NCBI GenBank assembly: GCA_963677975.1
Contig: OY782677.1
Location: 1,409,821-1,473,820 of the forward strand
DNA from: Bacteroidales bacterium
GTDB lineage: Bacteria > Bacteroidota > Bacteroidia > Bacteroidales > UBA4417
Reading direction: 5' to 3'
Length of the DNA stretch: 64,000 nt
This document shows positions 36,514 through 46,099 of this stretch, in pieces; the first letter of the stretch is position 1, and every line of letters begins with the position of its first letter. The notes under the pieces were generated by a model. The model had not been told where the DNA came from and searched no databases. It saw nothing but the letters and a program-made list of their open reading frames with translations. Position numbers and translations under genes: made by a program.

Positions 36514-37308
36514 CTAATACCGGATCACAAATCTTTGCCGGCTTAGCTCTTTTCTCAGGAAAACGACACCCAATCCGAATAAATCGATACTAGCTGTAAC
36601 CTTACTGTTTTCGCAGATTTGTTCCCATGTCATTTCCATTTCGTCCGACGAGTGTATTTCATGAAACACAAAAACAGTATCATTGTGAGAAATAGTAAGT
36701 AACGATTCGAAGCAACTGATGATTTCGCCTGAGAAATGATTTCCATCGAAAAAGGCAAAGTCAAGTTTTCCTTCTTTTTTAATAAGCCCCGGCAAAACAC
36801 TGCCAAATAGCCCAATATGCTGCTCTATATTATTAATGCCCAGCGATTTGAATCCTGCTTCTGCCTGTTCCGATTTGATGGTGCAGGCATCGATAGTAAC
36901 CACTTTAGAATTGGCATTTGCCATTGCCAGGTACATGGTGCTTATTCCTAACGAAGTGCCCAGTTCTATTACGGTTTCCGGTTTGAAAAATGCAGCCAGC
37001 CGGTAAAGTAACCGACCGTATTTTTCACTTATTGCGCTTTCACGGGTTATGGAACCAATACTCCTGACCCGGTGTGATACACAGGTGTTATCCCTTTTTC
37101 GGGCAAACTCGGTGATTTCAATAAGTTGCGGATTTTTGATGAGATTTCCCCTTACTGTGTTTATTTTCCTGAAAACAGCTTGTTCTCTCTTGTTTTTAAT
37201 AACCTCATCTATAAGCTTATACACAAATGGGGAATGCACCGAATGCCTTGTGCCTGAATTTAACAGGTAGATCAGGTAGGAGGCGAATGTGTTTGCATTT
37301 ATTATCAC
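36514..37308 (-). CDS. Class I SAM-dependent methyltransferase (O-methyltransferase-like)
   Basis: 264 aa with the SAM-binding motif IELGTSLGISTMY and a downstream acidic loop. The substrate is unknown. Confidence 0.6.
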   Translation of the reverse strand: MIINANTFASYLIYLLNSGTRHSVHSPFVYKLIDEVIKNKREQAVFRKINTVRGNLIKNPQLIEITEFARKRDNTCVSHRVRSIGSITRESAISEKYGRLLYRLAAFFKPETVIELGTSLGISTMYLAMANANSKVVTIDACTIKSEQAEAGFKSLGINNIEQHIGLFGSVLPGLIKKEGKLDFAFFDGNHFSGEIISCFESLLTISHNDTVFVFHEIHSSDEMEMTWEQICENSKVTASIDLFGLGVVFLRKELSRQRFVIRY

Positions 37309-37397
37309 GGTGGATTTATTCTGAAATAATAAATAATTTCGAAAATGAAACCAGGCTTTATGTATTTTTGTGCTTTATATACTAAACCGTGGTTTTC

Positions 37398-38273
37398 ATG
37401 ATGGTCCAAAAAATCAGTGCTAAATTAAACAATTATTTGTCGCTGGTAAAATTTGCACATTCTATATTTGCACTTCCTTTTGCATTGCTTGGTTTTGCTC
37501 TTGCAACCATTCACCAGAGCGATCCGCTTAGCTGGAAGCTCTTATTCCTTGTCCTGATTTGCATGCTTTTTGCCCGTAATACAGCTATGAGTTTCAACCG
37601 CTGGGCCGACAGGCACATCGACGAAGCCAACCCACGTACAGCGCAGCGTGAAATCCCTGCACGTATTATCGATCAGAGGTCGGCACTGGCTTTCTGCATT
37701 GTAAACGGATTGCTCTTTGTGGCTGCAACCTGGTTTATTAACCCCTTGTGCTTTTACCTTTCACCCATTGCACTTCTTGTTATAATGGGTTACAGTATAA
37801 CTAAAAGGTTTACTGCTCTATCGCATTTCGTTCTGGGACTCGGGCTTGCATTGGCTCCAACAGGCGCCTACCTGGCAGTGACCGGCAATTTCGACTGGAT
37901 CCCGGTTATTATTTCCGTTTCGGTTTTATGCTGGGTATCGGGTTTCGATATTATTTATGCCCTACAGGATGATGAATTCGACCTCGAAAATCACCTTCAT
38001 TCGATACCGGTTTTGCTGGGCAGGAAGAAAGCCCTGGCATTGTCGCTCGTTTTGCATATAATTACAGCTGTATTGCTGGTTCTTGCCGGGCTGCAGGGGA
38101 ATTTTAAAGCTATTTACTGGGTTGGCCTGGGCATATTTTCGTTGCTGTTGTTTTACCAGCATACAATTGTTAAATACAACGATATCAGGCGGGTTAACCT
38201 CGCATTTTTCACCCTGAACGGAATAGCAAGTATTGTGTTTTCGGTTTTTGCAATAACTGATTTATTCTTATAA
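37398..38273 (+). CDS. UbiA family aromatic prenyltransferase (4-hydroxybenzoate polyprenyltransferase-like)
   Basis: The ORF track starts at a GTG at 37389, and the first ATG is at 37398. The protein is polytopic, with the Asp-rich motifs NRWADRHID and YALQDDEFD characteristic of UbiA prenyltransferases. Confidence 0.8.
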   Translation: MMVQKISAKLNNYLSLVKFAHSIFALPFALLGFALATIHQSDPLSWKLLFLVLICMLFARNTAMSFNRWADRHIDEANPRTAQREIPARIIDQRSALAFCIVNGLLFVAATWFINPLCFYLSPIALLVIMGYSITKRFTALSHFVLGLGLALAPTGAYLAVTGNFDWIPVIISVSVLCWVSGFDIIYALQDDEFDLENHLHSIPVLLGRKKALALSLVLHIITAVLLVLAGLQGNFKAIYWVGLGIFSLLLFYQHTIVKYNDIRRVNLAFFTLNGIASIVFSVFAITDLFL

Positions 38274-38275
38274 AA

Positions 38276-39340
38276 TCAGGATTTTTTCTCCTGTATTGCT
38301 GTTAGCACCACTTTGTCAAACACTTCCTTGTCAGCAGGGTAAAATTCAAATGTAATAGGAGCATAATAGATCGGCAGCTTACCCAGGATATTTTCTGCTT
38401 CGGGGTTTTGAAGCCTTTTTGCATCCTTTTCAGTAGTAACAATGATCTTACGCTTTGTCGGAAGGTACTTGAATTTATCTTTTAATACCTGCAGCTCCTT
38501 AGTACTGAAACTGTGATGATCAGCGAAAGCCACAAGTTCAAGATCGGTACATTTGCGCCTGAGATATTCCTGCAGGGGCCCCGGGTTGCCTATACCCGTG
38601 AGCATTATTATGGAATATACACTTTCGTTGTCACCCTGAACCGTGCAATTATTATCATAAACAGGTTCGAACGGGAGATAATTGATATACGAAAAACATA
38701 CCTGCTGGCCGGGGAATGGCTTCAGCTCCTCAAGTATCTGTTTCCGCACTATAGGCGAAAAGACCCTGGGAGTTTTTGTAACTACTATGATATCAGCACG
38801 TTTACGTCCTGAAATATTCTCTCGCAGCCTGCCATAAGGGAGTAGTTTGTCCTGTGTGAAAAGTTTGAAATAATCGGTTACCAGTATGGATAGCCGCGGC
38901 TTAACATAGCGGTGCTGGAAGGCATCGTCAAGAATCACTGTGCTGAGTGAAGGAATGTCTTTAACCAGGTTATGTATTCCCTGCCTGCGGCTTTCGCAAA
39001 CCGCAACATTTAGTTCGCTGAATTTCTGATGATACTGCAGTGGCTCGTCACCGAGAGTTTCAACCGATTCATTCTCGCCGGCAAGCTTGTAGCCTTTTGT
39101 TTTGCGTTTATAACCACGGCTGAGTGTGGCAGTTGAGGCAGTGTTATTGAGCAGCCGCATTATATATTCTACCATAGGGGTTTTCCCCGAACCGCCTGCA
39201 ACCAGGTTCCCGACCGAAATTACAGGGATGCTGAACGATTCGGATCCGAGTATGTTAAGGTCGAACAACAAGTTGCGGATCCTGGTAACAAGCCCGAAAA
39301 TCAGCCCAAATGGATAAAGCAGGAAGCGGAAAGCATTCAT
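38276..39340 (-). CDS. lpxK: Tetraacyldisaccharide 4'-kinase
   Basis: The ORF track gives 38276-39355, and the probable start is the ATG at 39340. It has the P-loop VGNLVAGGSGKTP and similarity to LpxK along the whole length. Confidence 0.85.
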   Translation of the reverse strand: MNAFRFLLYPFGLIFGLVTRIRNLLFDLNILGSESFSIPVISVGNLVAGGSGKTPMVEYIMRLLNNTASTATLSRGYKRKTKGYKLAGENESVETLGDEPLQYHQKFSELNVAVCESRRQGIHNLVKDIPSLSTVILDDAFQHRYVKPRLSILVTDYFKLFTQDKLLPYGRLRENISGRKRADIIVVTKTPRVFSPIVRKQILEELKPFPGQQVCFSYINYLPFEPVYDNNCTVQGDNESVYSIIMLTGIGNPGPLQEYLRRKCTDLELVAFADHHSFSTKELQVLKDKFKYLPTKRKIIVTTEKDAKRLQNPEAENILGKLPIYYAPITFEFYPADKEVFDKVVLTAIQEKKS

Positions 39341-39523
39341 GTGATAAAGGTACAAACTATTTCAGGCGGATTGCAAAAATCAGGAAATGGGTGCTGTTTT
39401 TAAGCGGTTTTTGTCCGAATGGGCTACGAATACAATCAGAAACATCCTGAATACTTTAATTTTATTGATATTACATTGCTTTTACGTAATTTTATACTTT
39501 TACCTGAAAAACCGACCTGGAAT

Positions 39524-40618
39524 ATGCTATTATCTGAAATTACATCCTACCTGAAGTCCGAAATACCTTTAGCATTACAGGAAGACTATGACAATTGCGG
39601 TCTGCTTACAGGCGATCCGGGTATGGAAATTACAGGGATACTCGTTTGCCTGGATGTAACTGATGAGATTTTTGACGAAGCTGTTTCGAAAAACTGCAAT
39701 CTGGTTGTTTCACACCATCCCATGATATTTTCGGGGATCAAAAGCCTTACAGGGCGAAATGATTCCGAGAGGCTTGTTATACGGTCGATAAGGGAAAATA
39801 TTGCAGTTTTTGCTTTGCATACCAACCTCGACAATCATTTCGAAGGGGTAAACCGAATGTTGTGCAGCAAACTTGGAATATCGGATACCGAGATTTTAAA
39901 ACCGGTACCATCGAAACTTCGAAAACTTGTTACATTCTGTCCTCCTTCGCATGCCGGTATAGTGCGCGAAGCCATATTTAAAGCCGGTGCAGGCCATATC
40001 GGGAATTACGATTTCTGTAGCTACAGCACTGCTGGCGAAGGAACTTTCAGGGCTTTGGAAGGTTCCGATCCCTTTGTTGGTGAAACAGGCAAACTCCATA
40101 CCGAAAGCGAATTACGTATCGAAACAATATTCCCGATATACCTGCAGAACGATATTGTATCTGCTTTAAGCCGGGCTCATCCCTACGAAGAAGTGGCTTA
40201 TGATTTGTACCCTCTGGCAAATATTGACCCTCGCATTGGTGCCGGGATGATTGGTAACCTGCCCCGGGAAATGGATGCCATGGAATTTTTGCTTCAGGTT
40301 AAAGAAAATCTGCAGCTGGGTTGTGTACGGCACACCGATCTGAAAAATAAAAAAGTCAGGCGGGTTGCTGTTTGCGGCGGCTCGGGAAGCTTCCTCGTGA
40401 ATGATGCAATATCCTGTGGTGCTGATATTTACCTTACCGGGGATATCAAATACCACGATTTTTTTATACCGGGACCAAGGATGATAATGGCTGATATTGG
40501 GCACTACGAAAGTGAACAATTCACAAAAGAACTGATTTATACCTTATTAAAGAAAAAATTTACTACTTTTGCACTCTTTATTTCCGGAACCAATACAAAT
40601 CCGGTTAATTATTTGTAA
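39524..40618 (+). CDS. Nif3-like dinuclear metal center protein (GTP cyclohydrolase 1 type 2 homolog)
   Basis: The ORF track starts at 39419. The family-typical N-terminus begins at the ATG at 39524 (MLLSEITSYL...EDYDNCGLLTG). The motifs are HHP.IF, an inserted PII-like domain and a C-terminal GHYESE. Confidence 0.8.
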   Translation: MLLSEITSYLKSEIPLALQEDYDNCGLLTGDPGMEITGILVCLDVTDEIFDEAVSKNCNLVVSHHPMIFSGIKSLTGRNDSERLVIRSIRENIAVFALHTNLDNHFEGVNRMLCSKLGISDTEILKPVPSKLRKLVTFCPPSHAGIVREAIFKAGAGHIGNYDFCSYSTAGEGTFRALEGSDPFVGETGKLHTESELRIETIFPIYLQNDIVSALSRAHPYEEVAYDLYPLANIDPRIGAGMIGNLPREMDAMEFLLQVKENLQLGCVRHTDLKNKKVRRVAVCGGSGSFLVNDAISCGADIYLTGDIKYHDFFIPGPRMIMADIGHYESEQFTKELIYTLLKKKFTTFALFISGTNTNPVNYL

Positions 40619-40644
40619 ATCAACATAAAACATCATAATCCGCT

Positions 40645-41505
40645 ATGGCAAAAAGTGTTGCTAAACCAGCTGAAACAATCGGAGAAGAGAACAACAAGGC
40701 TGCAGTTGCTGCTGAAACCAGCGAAATTACTGAAATTCACCCACCTGTTGATCATGGGAAAGATGAAACAGAAATTTCGATTGAGAAAAAACTTATCGCT
40801 TTATATTCACTTCAGCAGAACGATTCGAAAATCGACCGTATAAAAATTGTACGTGGCGAATTGCCACTTGAAGTTGAAGATCTTGAAGATGAAGTTGCAG
40901 GCCTCGAGACCCGTATCGACAACTTTATCCAGGAAATTGAAATGCTCGAAAAACAGGTTACCGACAAGCAACTTGCCATAAAAGAGAGCCAGGGCCTCAT
41001 AAAGCGGTACGAGGAGCAACAGAACAACGTTCGCAACAACCGCGAGTATGATGCATTGACAAAGGAAATTGAATTCCAGAGTCTTGAGATCCAGCTTGCC
41101 GAAAAACGCATACGCGAATTCTCAGCACAGCTGGCGATGCGTAAAGAGGAAATTGAGAATGCTCAAAACGAATTAACCGACCGCCGCAACGACCTGGAGG
41201 CCAAACGCAGCGAACTTACCGATATAGTTGCCGAAACCGAACTTGAAGAAAAAGAACTTCACCTCATGTCGGAACGTCAGCAGAAAATGATTGAAGAGCG
41301 TCTGCTTATTGCATACAAACGTATTCGCAAAAATGCACGCAACGGACTGGCAGTGGTTCCGGTTGAACGCGATGCTTGCGGTGGATGTTTTAGTTATATT
41401 CCTCCACAGCGCCAGCTTGATATTAAGTTGCACAAGAAAATTATAGTTTGCGAATTCTGTGGCCGAATTCTGGTTGATAAAGAGCTGGCAGATTCCCTCG
41501 TATAA
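40645..41505 (+). CDS. Coiled-coil protein with a C-terminal C4 zinc ribbon (DUF164 / COG1579 type)
   Basis: 286 aa with a long coiled coil and two terminal CxxC pairs (CGGC...CEFCGR). It is the usual genomic partner of Nif3. Confidence 0.75.
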   Translation: MAKSVAKPAETIGEENNKAAVAAETSEITEIHPPVDHGKDETEISIEKKLIALYSLQQNDSKIDRIKIVRGELPLEVEDLEDEVAGLETRIDNFIQEIEMLEKQVTDKQLAIKESQGLIKRYEEQQNNVRNNREYDALTKEIEFQSLEIQLAEKRIREFSAQLAMRKEEIENAQNELTDRRNDLEAKRSELTDIVAETELEEKELHLMSERQQKMIEERLLIAYKRIRKNARNGLAVVPVERDACGGCFSYIPPQRQLDIKLHKKIIVCEFCGRILVDKELADSLV

Positions 41506-41527
41506 GCGGGAAAACAAAAGTATAATG

Positions 41528-41553
41528 AGCCGGCTATAAGCCGGCTTTTTTTT
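41528..41553. terminator. Bidirectional rho-independent terminator
   Basis: Stem AGCCGGC / GCCGGCT with a 5-nt loop, followed by T8. The complementary strand has an A/T run serving gldB. Confidence 0.85.
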
Positions 41554-41701
41554 GCTATAAATAACGATTGAATGTATTAGCAGGCTGTTAAATGCCTGTT
41601 ATCTGGTACCTGAAGACAATTACTTCCATCCTCATTTCTTTTCCCAGCAGATATTACTTTCCACAGTTTAAGCCGTTTGCCTTTAGCCCCAGGTCTGGTA
41701 A

Positions 41702-42727
41702 CTAATCTTTGCCGGGCTTGAACTTCGATATTTTTAAAATATGCTGGCTATCGGTTTCTTCCATAAGCTGTTTCAGTGATGTATCACCTGCCTCTTTCAT
41801 ATAGGCCTTTACGATCTGCCAGCCCATATATGCTCCAAGCCTTCCGGGCGATTTCACATCAAAACCGGCAGTATAAGGTGCATCCGTTATCATCTTGGTT
41901 GTTCCCTGTGCATCCGACGAAAAGAGCAGGTTGTTTTCAATTATGAATGCCCATATATTGCTTTCATTTGCCCGGCTCCATGCGAGTTGTTCCGGTGAAT
42001 ATCCTATCTTGAATTCATCTTTAACACCGGGAAGGGTGACATCCAGGAAATAGAGCGCTTTCCCGGCAATAATCATCTGGTCGAGAAGGGTGTTGCGATT
42101 CTGGTCTACTCTTACAATATGGTCCGACACTGCCATCATACATTGAGGCAGTATATTATCAGTAGTAAAGTTGTTGATCTTGTACTTTGGAATCCCGGCT
42201 TTTACATAAGCCTCCACGTCTTTTCCAAGAAAAAGATCCAATCCTATAGCCATCGCGGTATCGAAGAAATAAACCGGATTTTCCACATCAAGACCCGAAA
42301 CATAGGTGAAAACATGTGGCTTGTGTTTCTCCGGGTATGCCTGGAGGTAAATGCTGAAAGCATCGGTCAGGCCTTTTTCAAGGAAAGCCACGTCTGGGAA
42401 TTTTTGCTCTGTGAGAGTATACAAGTCTCGTACATTCGGATCGTTCAGGAAATTGTAAATCCTGAGAATGTTCATTGTATCCTGCCATTGGCTGCCCAGG
42501 AAAAAATCAAACTCAGGGGTAAGTGTTGCCATTCCCTGTTTCAGCTGGTCTTTGTTGAGAGCGAATAGAGCCTTTTCGTAACGACTGATCACGATCTGGT
42601 TTACAGAAATGTTAGCTTGAGGTCCAGGAGTAACACTTTCTGCCGGCTTATTTTTGCATGCCTGAATAGCAATTACCGCAATCAGTATGATAAGCAGTAA
42701 TTTTTTATTGAAAAAAATATTCTTCAT
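41702..42727 (-). CDS. gldB: Gliding motility lipoprotein GldB
   Basis: 341 aa with the lipoprotein signal AIQAC. The segments IGYSPEQLAWSRANE..IW.F.I.N.LLFS, SPGR.G...GWQIV..YM and a terminal SKFKPGK match my recollection of Flavobacterium johnsoniae GldB. Confidence 0.7.
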   Translation of the reverse strand: MKNIFFNKKLLLIILIAVIAIQACKNKPAESVTPGPQANISVNQIVISRYEKALFALNKDQLKQGMATLTPEFDFFLGSQWQDTMNILRIYNFLNDPNVRDLYTLTEQKFPDVAFLEKGLTDAFSIYLQAYPEKHKPHVFTYVSGLDVENPVYFFDTAMAIGLDLFLGKDVEAYVKAGIPKYKINNFTTDNILPQCMMAVSDHIVRVDQNRNTLLDQMIIAGKALYFLDVTLPGVKDEFKIGYSPEQLAWSRANESNIWAFIIENNLLFSSDAQGTTKMITDAPYTAGFDVKSPGRLGAYMGWQIVKAYMKEAGDTSLKQLMEETDSQHILKISKFKPGKD

Positions 42728-42748
42728 ATAAGTATGATGCCCTGCTCT

Positions 42749-43354
42749 TTATAGGATTTTTAAACCAAGACTGACATTGAAAATATTATTCTTCATGGTA
42801 ACATCATCGGCACCGGTGTATAGATTATCAATTCCGACCTCATACCGAACGTCGAGCGTTAAGAAAAACACATCAATTCCGCCGCCCATTTGCACCGACC
42901 AAGTACTGTTTTTAAGGTCATCAACCGATTGTATTGGCCACAGTTCACCCATGTCCGAAGGGCTTAGCTTTTTATCAATGTTGAACGAAAGTGCAGGCCC
43001 TGCAAGTACCCTGAAGTTGAACTTGTTTTGGCTTATAAGTTTATAACCGAGTAAGACCGGGATTTTAAGCGTCTTAATAGTAATGTCCTGTTTCTTGATT
43101 GACGCTCCTTTTGTCAGGTTAAGTGAGCTACTGACTACCTGGTAATTAGCTTCGGGCTGAACATAAAATTTTGAGCCTATTCTTACAAAGGCACCAACCT
43201 GAAAAGAGTTATTAATGCTGGATTTTATTGAGTCAAAATCGGTTGTAAGCCTATTTGAGTTATAACCGATTTTTGGTCCCACCGAGAATGCATCTTGTCC
43301 AAAAGCAACGCCAGAGATAAACAGTACACAAGTTAAAAGAAATAAATTTTTCAT
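42749..43354 (-). CDS. Small outer-membrane beta-barrel protein (PorT / OMP_b-brl_2-like)
   Basis: 201 aa with a signal peptide ending AFGQ. It has an eight-strand-type alternating pattern and ends in FNVSLGLKIL. Confidence 0.6.
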   Translation of the reverse strand: MKNLFLLTCVLFISGVAFGQDAFSVGPKIGYNSNRLTTDFDSIKSSINNSFQVGAFVRIGSKFYVQPEANYQVVSSSLNLTKGASIKKQDITIKTLKIPVLLGYKLISQNKFNFRVLAGPALSFNIDKKLSPSDMGELWPIQSVDDLKNSTWSVQMGGGIDVFFLTLDVRYEVGIDNLYTGADDVTMKNNIFNVSLGLKIL

Positions 43355-43517
43355 AAGAGTGTCTTTTTTATATACTACAACGTCCGAAGACTGAAGATAT
43401 TATCTTCATGGGCTAACAGCATGCAACAAATGCAGATATTTTTTCGTTAGCAAGAAGCAAACCTGAACAATTTGCCCGATATTTGTAACACACTAAGCAC
43501 TAAATTATTTGATATTT

Positions 43518-44195
43518 ATGAAAACAAAAATCACTTTAGTAACGCTGTTTGCAATGGTTGCTTTGGCTGCCAATGCTCAATTTCCGCCATATTATTTTGG
43601 GTTGAAGGCTGCTCCGCAGATCAGCTGGATGAAACCCAATGCCGACACTTATGAAAGTGCCGGGGTGAAGGCCGGCTTTTCGTGGGGATTCATCGCAGAG
43701 TTTAATTTCACCGAGAACCACTGCATAGCAACCGGTTTCAATATGATTTTTAATGGCGGAAAACTCAAATTTCCTGCCTTGCAGGGAGAAGAAACCGGGA
43801 CCATGATAAGAGATTATGCTCTTAAATACATCGAAATACCCCTCACCTTAAAAATGAGGACAAATGATATCAATAATATGAGGTATTTCGGACGCATAGG
43901 ATTAGGAACAGCTTTTAATATTGGCTCGAAGAAAACGGATGAATTTACGAATTCTGACGGAGAGAAAACAACTTTCCCTAAAGCTAACTATGATAAAACC
44001 TCATTTGCCCGCGAATCGCTTATAATTGGTGCCGGGGTCGAGTATGAAATAGCTGAAGGGCCAAAACTGGGTGCCGAAATCACTTTCAACAACGGGTTTA
44101 CCAACATACTTCAGGAGAAAAACAGCGTTAATACTTCACTACAGGAAAAGGCAGCGCCTAATTTTATTGAACTGGCCTTATCGGTAATCTTCTAA
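43518..44195 (+). CDS. Small outer-membrane beta-barrel protein (PorT / OMP_b-brl_2-like)
   Basis: The ORF track starts at 43509. The ATG at 43518 gives the signal peptide MKTKITLVTLFAMVALAANAQ. It has a beta-barrel pattern and a terminal FIELALSVIF. Confidence 0.6.
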   Translation: MKTKITLVTLFAMVALAANAQFPPYYFGLKAAPQISWMKPNADTYESAGVKAGFSWGFIAEFNFTENHCIATGFNMIFNGGKLKFPALQGEETGTMIRDYALKYIEIPLTLKMRTNDINNMRYFGRIGLGTAFNIGSKKTDEFTNSDGEKTTFPKANYDKTSFARESLIIGAGVEYEIAEGPKLGAEITFNNGFTNILQEKNSVNTSLQEKAAPNFIELALSVIF

Positions 44196-44217
44196 ATAAA
44201 ATATTTTGGATTTTTCG

Positions 44218-44246
44218 GCCCGGGTATTCATCCGGGCTTTATTTTT
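44218..44246 (+). terminator. Rho-independent terminator
   Basis: Stem GCCCGG / CCGGGC with an 8-nt loop, followed by TTTATTTTT. Confidence 0.65.
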
Positions 44247-44262
44247 GTATAAAAGTATACCT

Positions 44263-45909
44263 ATGCGGATAGCGCTGGCACAGCTTAATTATATTATCGG
44301 CGATTTTGATCTGAACACAGCTAAAATCATCGAAACCATTGAGAAATGCAGGCATCAGAACGCTGATATCGTTGTTTTTGCCGAGCTATCGGTTTGCGGT
44401 TACCCGCCCCGCGATTTCCTGGAATTCGACGATTTTATTGAAAAAAGTTATTCTGCCATCCTGGCTATTGCTCAACAATGTAACGGAATAGCCGCCATAG
44501 TCGGGGCTCCTTCGCGAAACCCGGATACCAAAGGCAAAAACCTGTTCAATACTGCATGGTTGCTTGCCGATGGCAAAGTGCAGGCAATGGCACATAAAGC
44601 CTTATTGCCGACCTATGATATTTTCGACGAATACCGCTATTTCGAACCTAACCGGAATTTCAGCTGTATACAATTTAAAGATGTGAAAATTGCACTTACC
44701 ATTTGCGAGGACATCTGGAACCTGGGCCCTGACCCGCTCTATGTTTCAAACCCTATGGATGTGCTTGCACTACAGGTCCCTGACCTGATGATTAATATTG
44801 CTGCATCTCCGTTCAATTATGATCAGTACAAGATCAGGAATGAGATATTAAGTAAAAATGCTTTACAGTATAAAATTCCGCTTGTATATGTAAACCAGGT
44901 TGGAGCTCAAACAGAGTTGCTGTTCGACGGAAATTCCTGCGTCGTCGACACTCAGGGCAACACTGTTGTTTCATGCCAGTCGTTTCATGAAGACATAATT
45001 CTGGCTGATTTTGATCCGAACGGGGGAGGAATATCTTCAAAATCTCCCGTTGCACATCAGTCAGATGCCAAACCCGCTCTTATTCACGCTGCCCTGGTAA
45101 TGGGAATCAGGGATTACTTTGCGAAAATGGGGTTCACAAAAGCCATACTTGGCCTTTCAGGCGGGATCGATTCAGCCGTTACTCTTGCCCTGGCTGCCGA
45201 AGCACTTGGTAAGGATAATGTATACGCAGTGCTATTGCCTTCGGAGTTTTCGAGCTCTCATTCCATTGATGATGCAGTCGCACTTGCCGAAAACCTGGGG
45301 TGCAAGTATGATACTATCGGTATAAAAGAGGGATATCATTCCATACTTAATTCACTTGATCCTTACTTTAAAGGCCTTGATTTCAATGTAGCCGAAGAAA
45401 ATATACAGGCTAGGATCCGTGCTGTTTTATTGATGGCTTTAGCAAATAAATTCGGGTATATCCTGCTTAATACCTCCAATAAAAGCGAAGCCGCTGTCGG
45501 ATATGGGACTTTATACGGCGATATGTGCGGTGGTATTTCGGTGCTGGGCGATGTATATAAAACCGAAGTGTACGAACTTGCCGGTTTTATAAACCGTGAA
45601 AAAGAAATTATCCCTTTAAACAGTATCAGCAAACCTCCGTCGGCTGAGCTCCGTCCTGGTCAGAAGGACAGTGACTCACTTCCCGAATACGATATCCTCG
45701 ATAAAATATTATACAATTATATTGAACTGCGGCAAAGCCCTTCCGACCTTATTGCTTCGGGTTTTAACGAAGCTACGGTAAAACGTGTGTTGCGGATGGT
45801 AAATATGAACGAATGGAAAAGGCACCAAACACCGCCTATTCTGCGTGTTTCACCAAAAGCTTTCGGACAGGGGAGGAGAATGCCGATTGTTGGCAGATAT
45901 TTGTCATAA
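44263..45909 (+). CDS. nadE: Glutamine-dependent NAD+ synthetase
   Basis: The ORF track starts at 44206, and the family-typical start is MRIALAQLN at 44263. It has an N-terminal nitrilase/CN-hydrolase domain and a C-terminal NAD synthetase domain with the SGGIDS PP-loop. Confidence 0.9.
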   Translation: MRIALAQLNYIIGDFDLNTAKIIETIEKCRHQNADIVVFAELSVCGYPPRDFLEFDDFIEKSYSAILAIAQQCNGIAAIVGAPSRNPDTKGKNLFNTAWLLADGKVQAMAHKALLPTYDIFDEYRYFEPNRNFSCIQFKDVKIALTICEDIWNLGPDPLYVSNPMDVLALQVPDLMINIAASPFNYDQYKIRNEILSKNALQYKIPLVYVNQVGAQTELLFDGNSCVVDTQGNTVVSCQSFHEDIILADFDPNGGGISSKSPVAHQSDAKPALIHAALVMGIRDYFAKMGFTKAILGLSGGIDSAVTLALAAEALGKDNVYAVLLPSEFSSSHSIDDAVALAENLGCKYDTIGIKEGYHSILNSLDPYFKGLDFNVAEENIQARIRAVLLMALANKFGYILLNTSNKSEAAVGYGTLYGDMCGGISVLGDVYKTEVYELAGFINREKEIIPLNSISKPPSAELRPGQKDSDSLPEYDILDKILYNYIELRQSPSDLIASGFNEATVKRVLRMVNMNEWKRHQTPPILRVSPKAFGQGRRMPIVGRYLS

Positions 45910-46099
45910 TGCAGTTTAAGTAACTACACTGATCACCCGTTTTATTGAGGATCATAACCTGGCCGGAGCATGTTTCCCAGGCAAGATAATAAGTGTATTT
46001 TTTTGGTTGTTGTGTTGATTGCTGGTAATTAATTGCTGTATATTTGGACACAGGAAGTTTTAATTCCATTTTATAAGCGTGATTTCAATTTTTCGAACT

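Noticed and set aside
45836-46069. A 77-aa minus-strand ORF in the nadE / DUF3857 spacer that overlaps the nadE 3' end.
   Set aside because: It overlaps the well-supported nadE C-terminus by 74 nt. It has no motif or signal peptide and no convincing promoter box.
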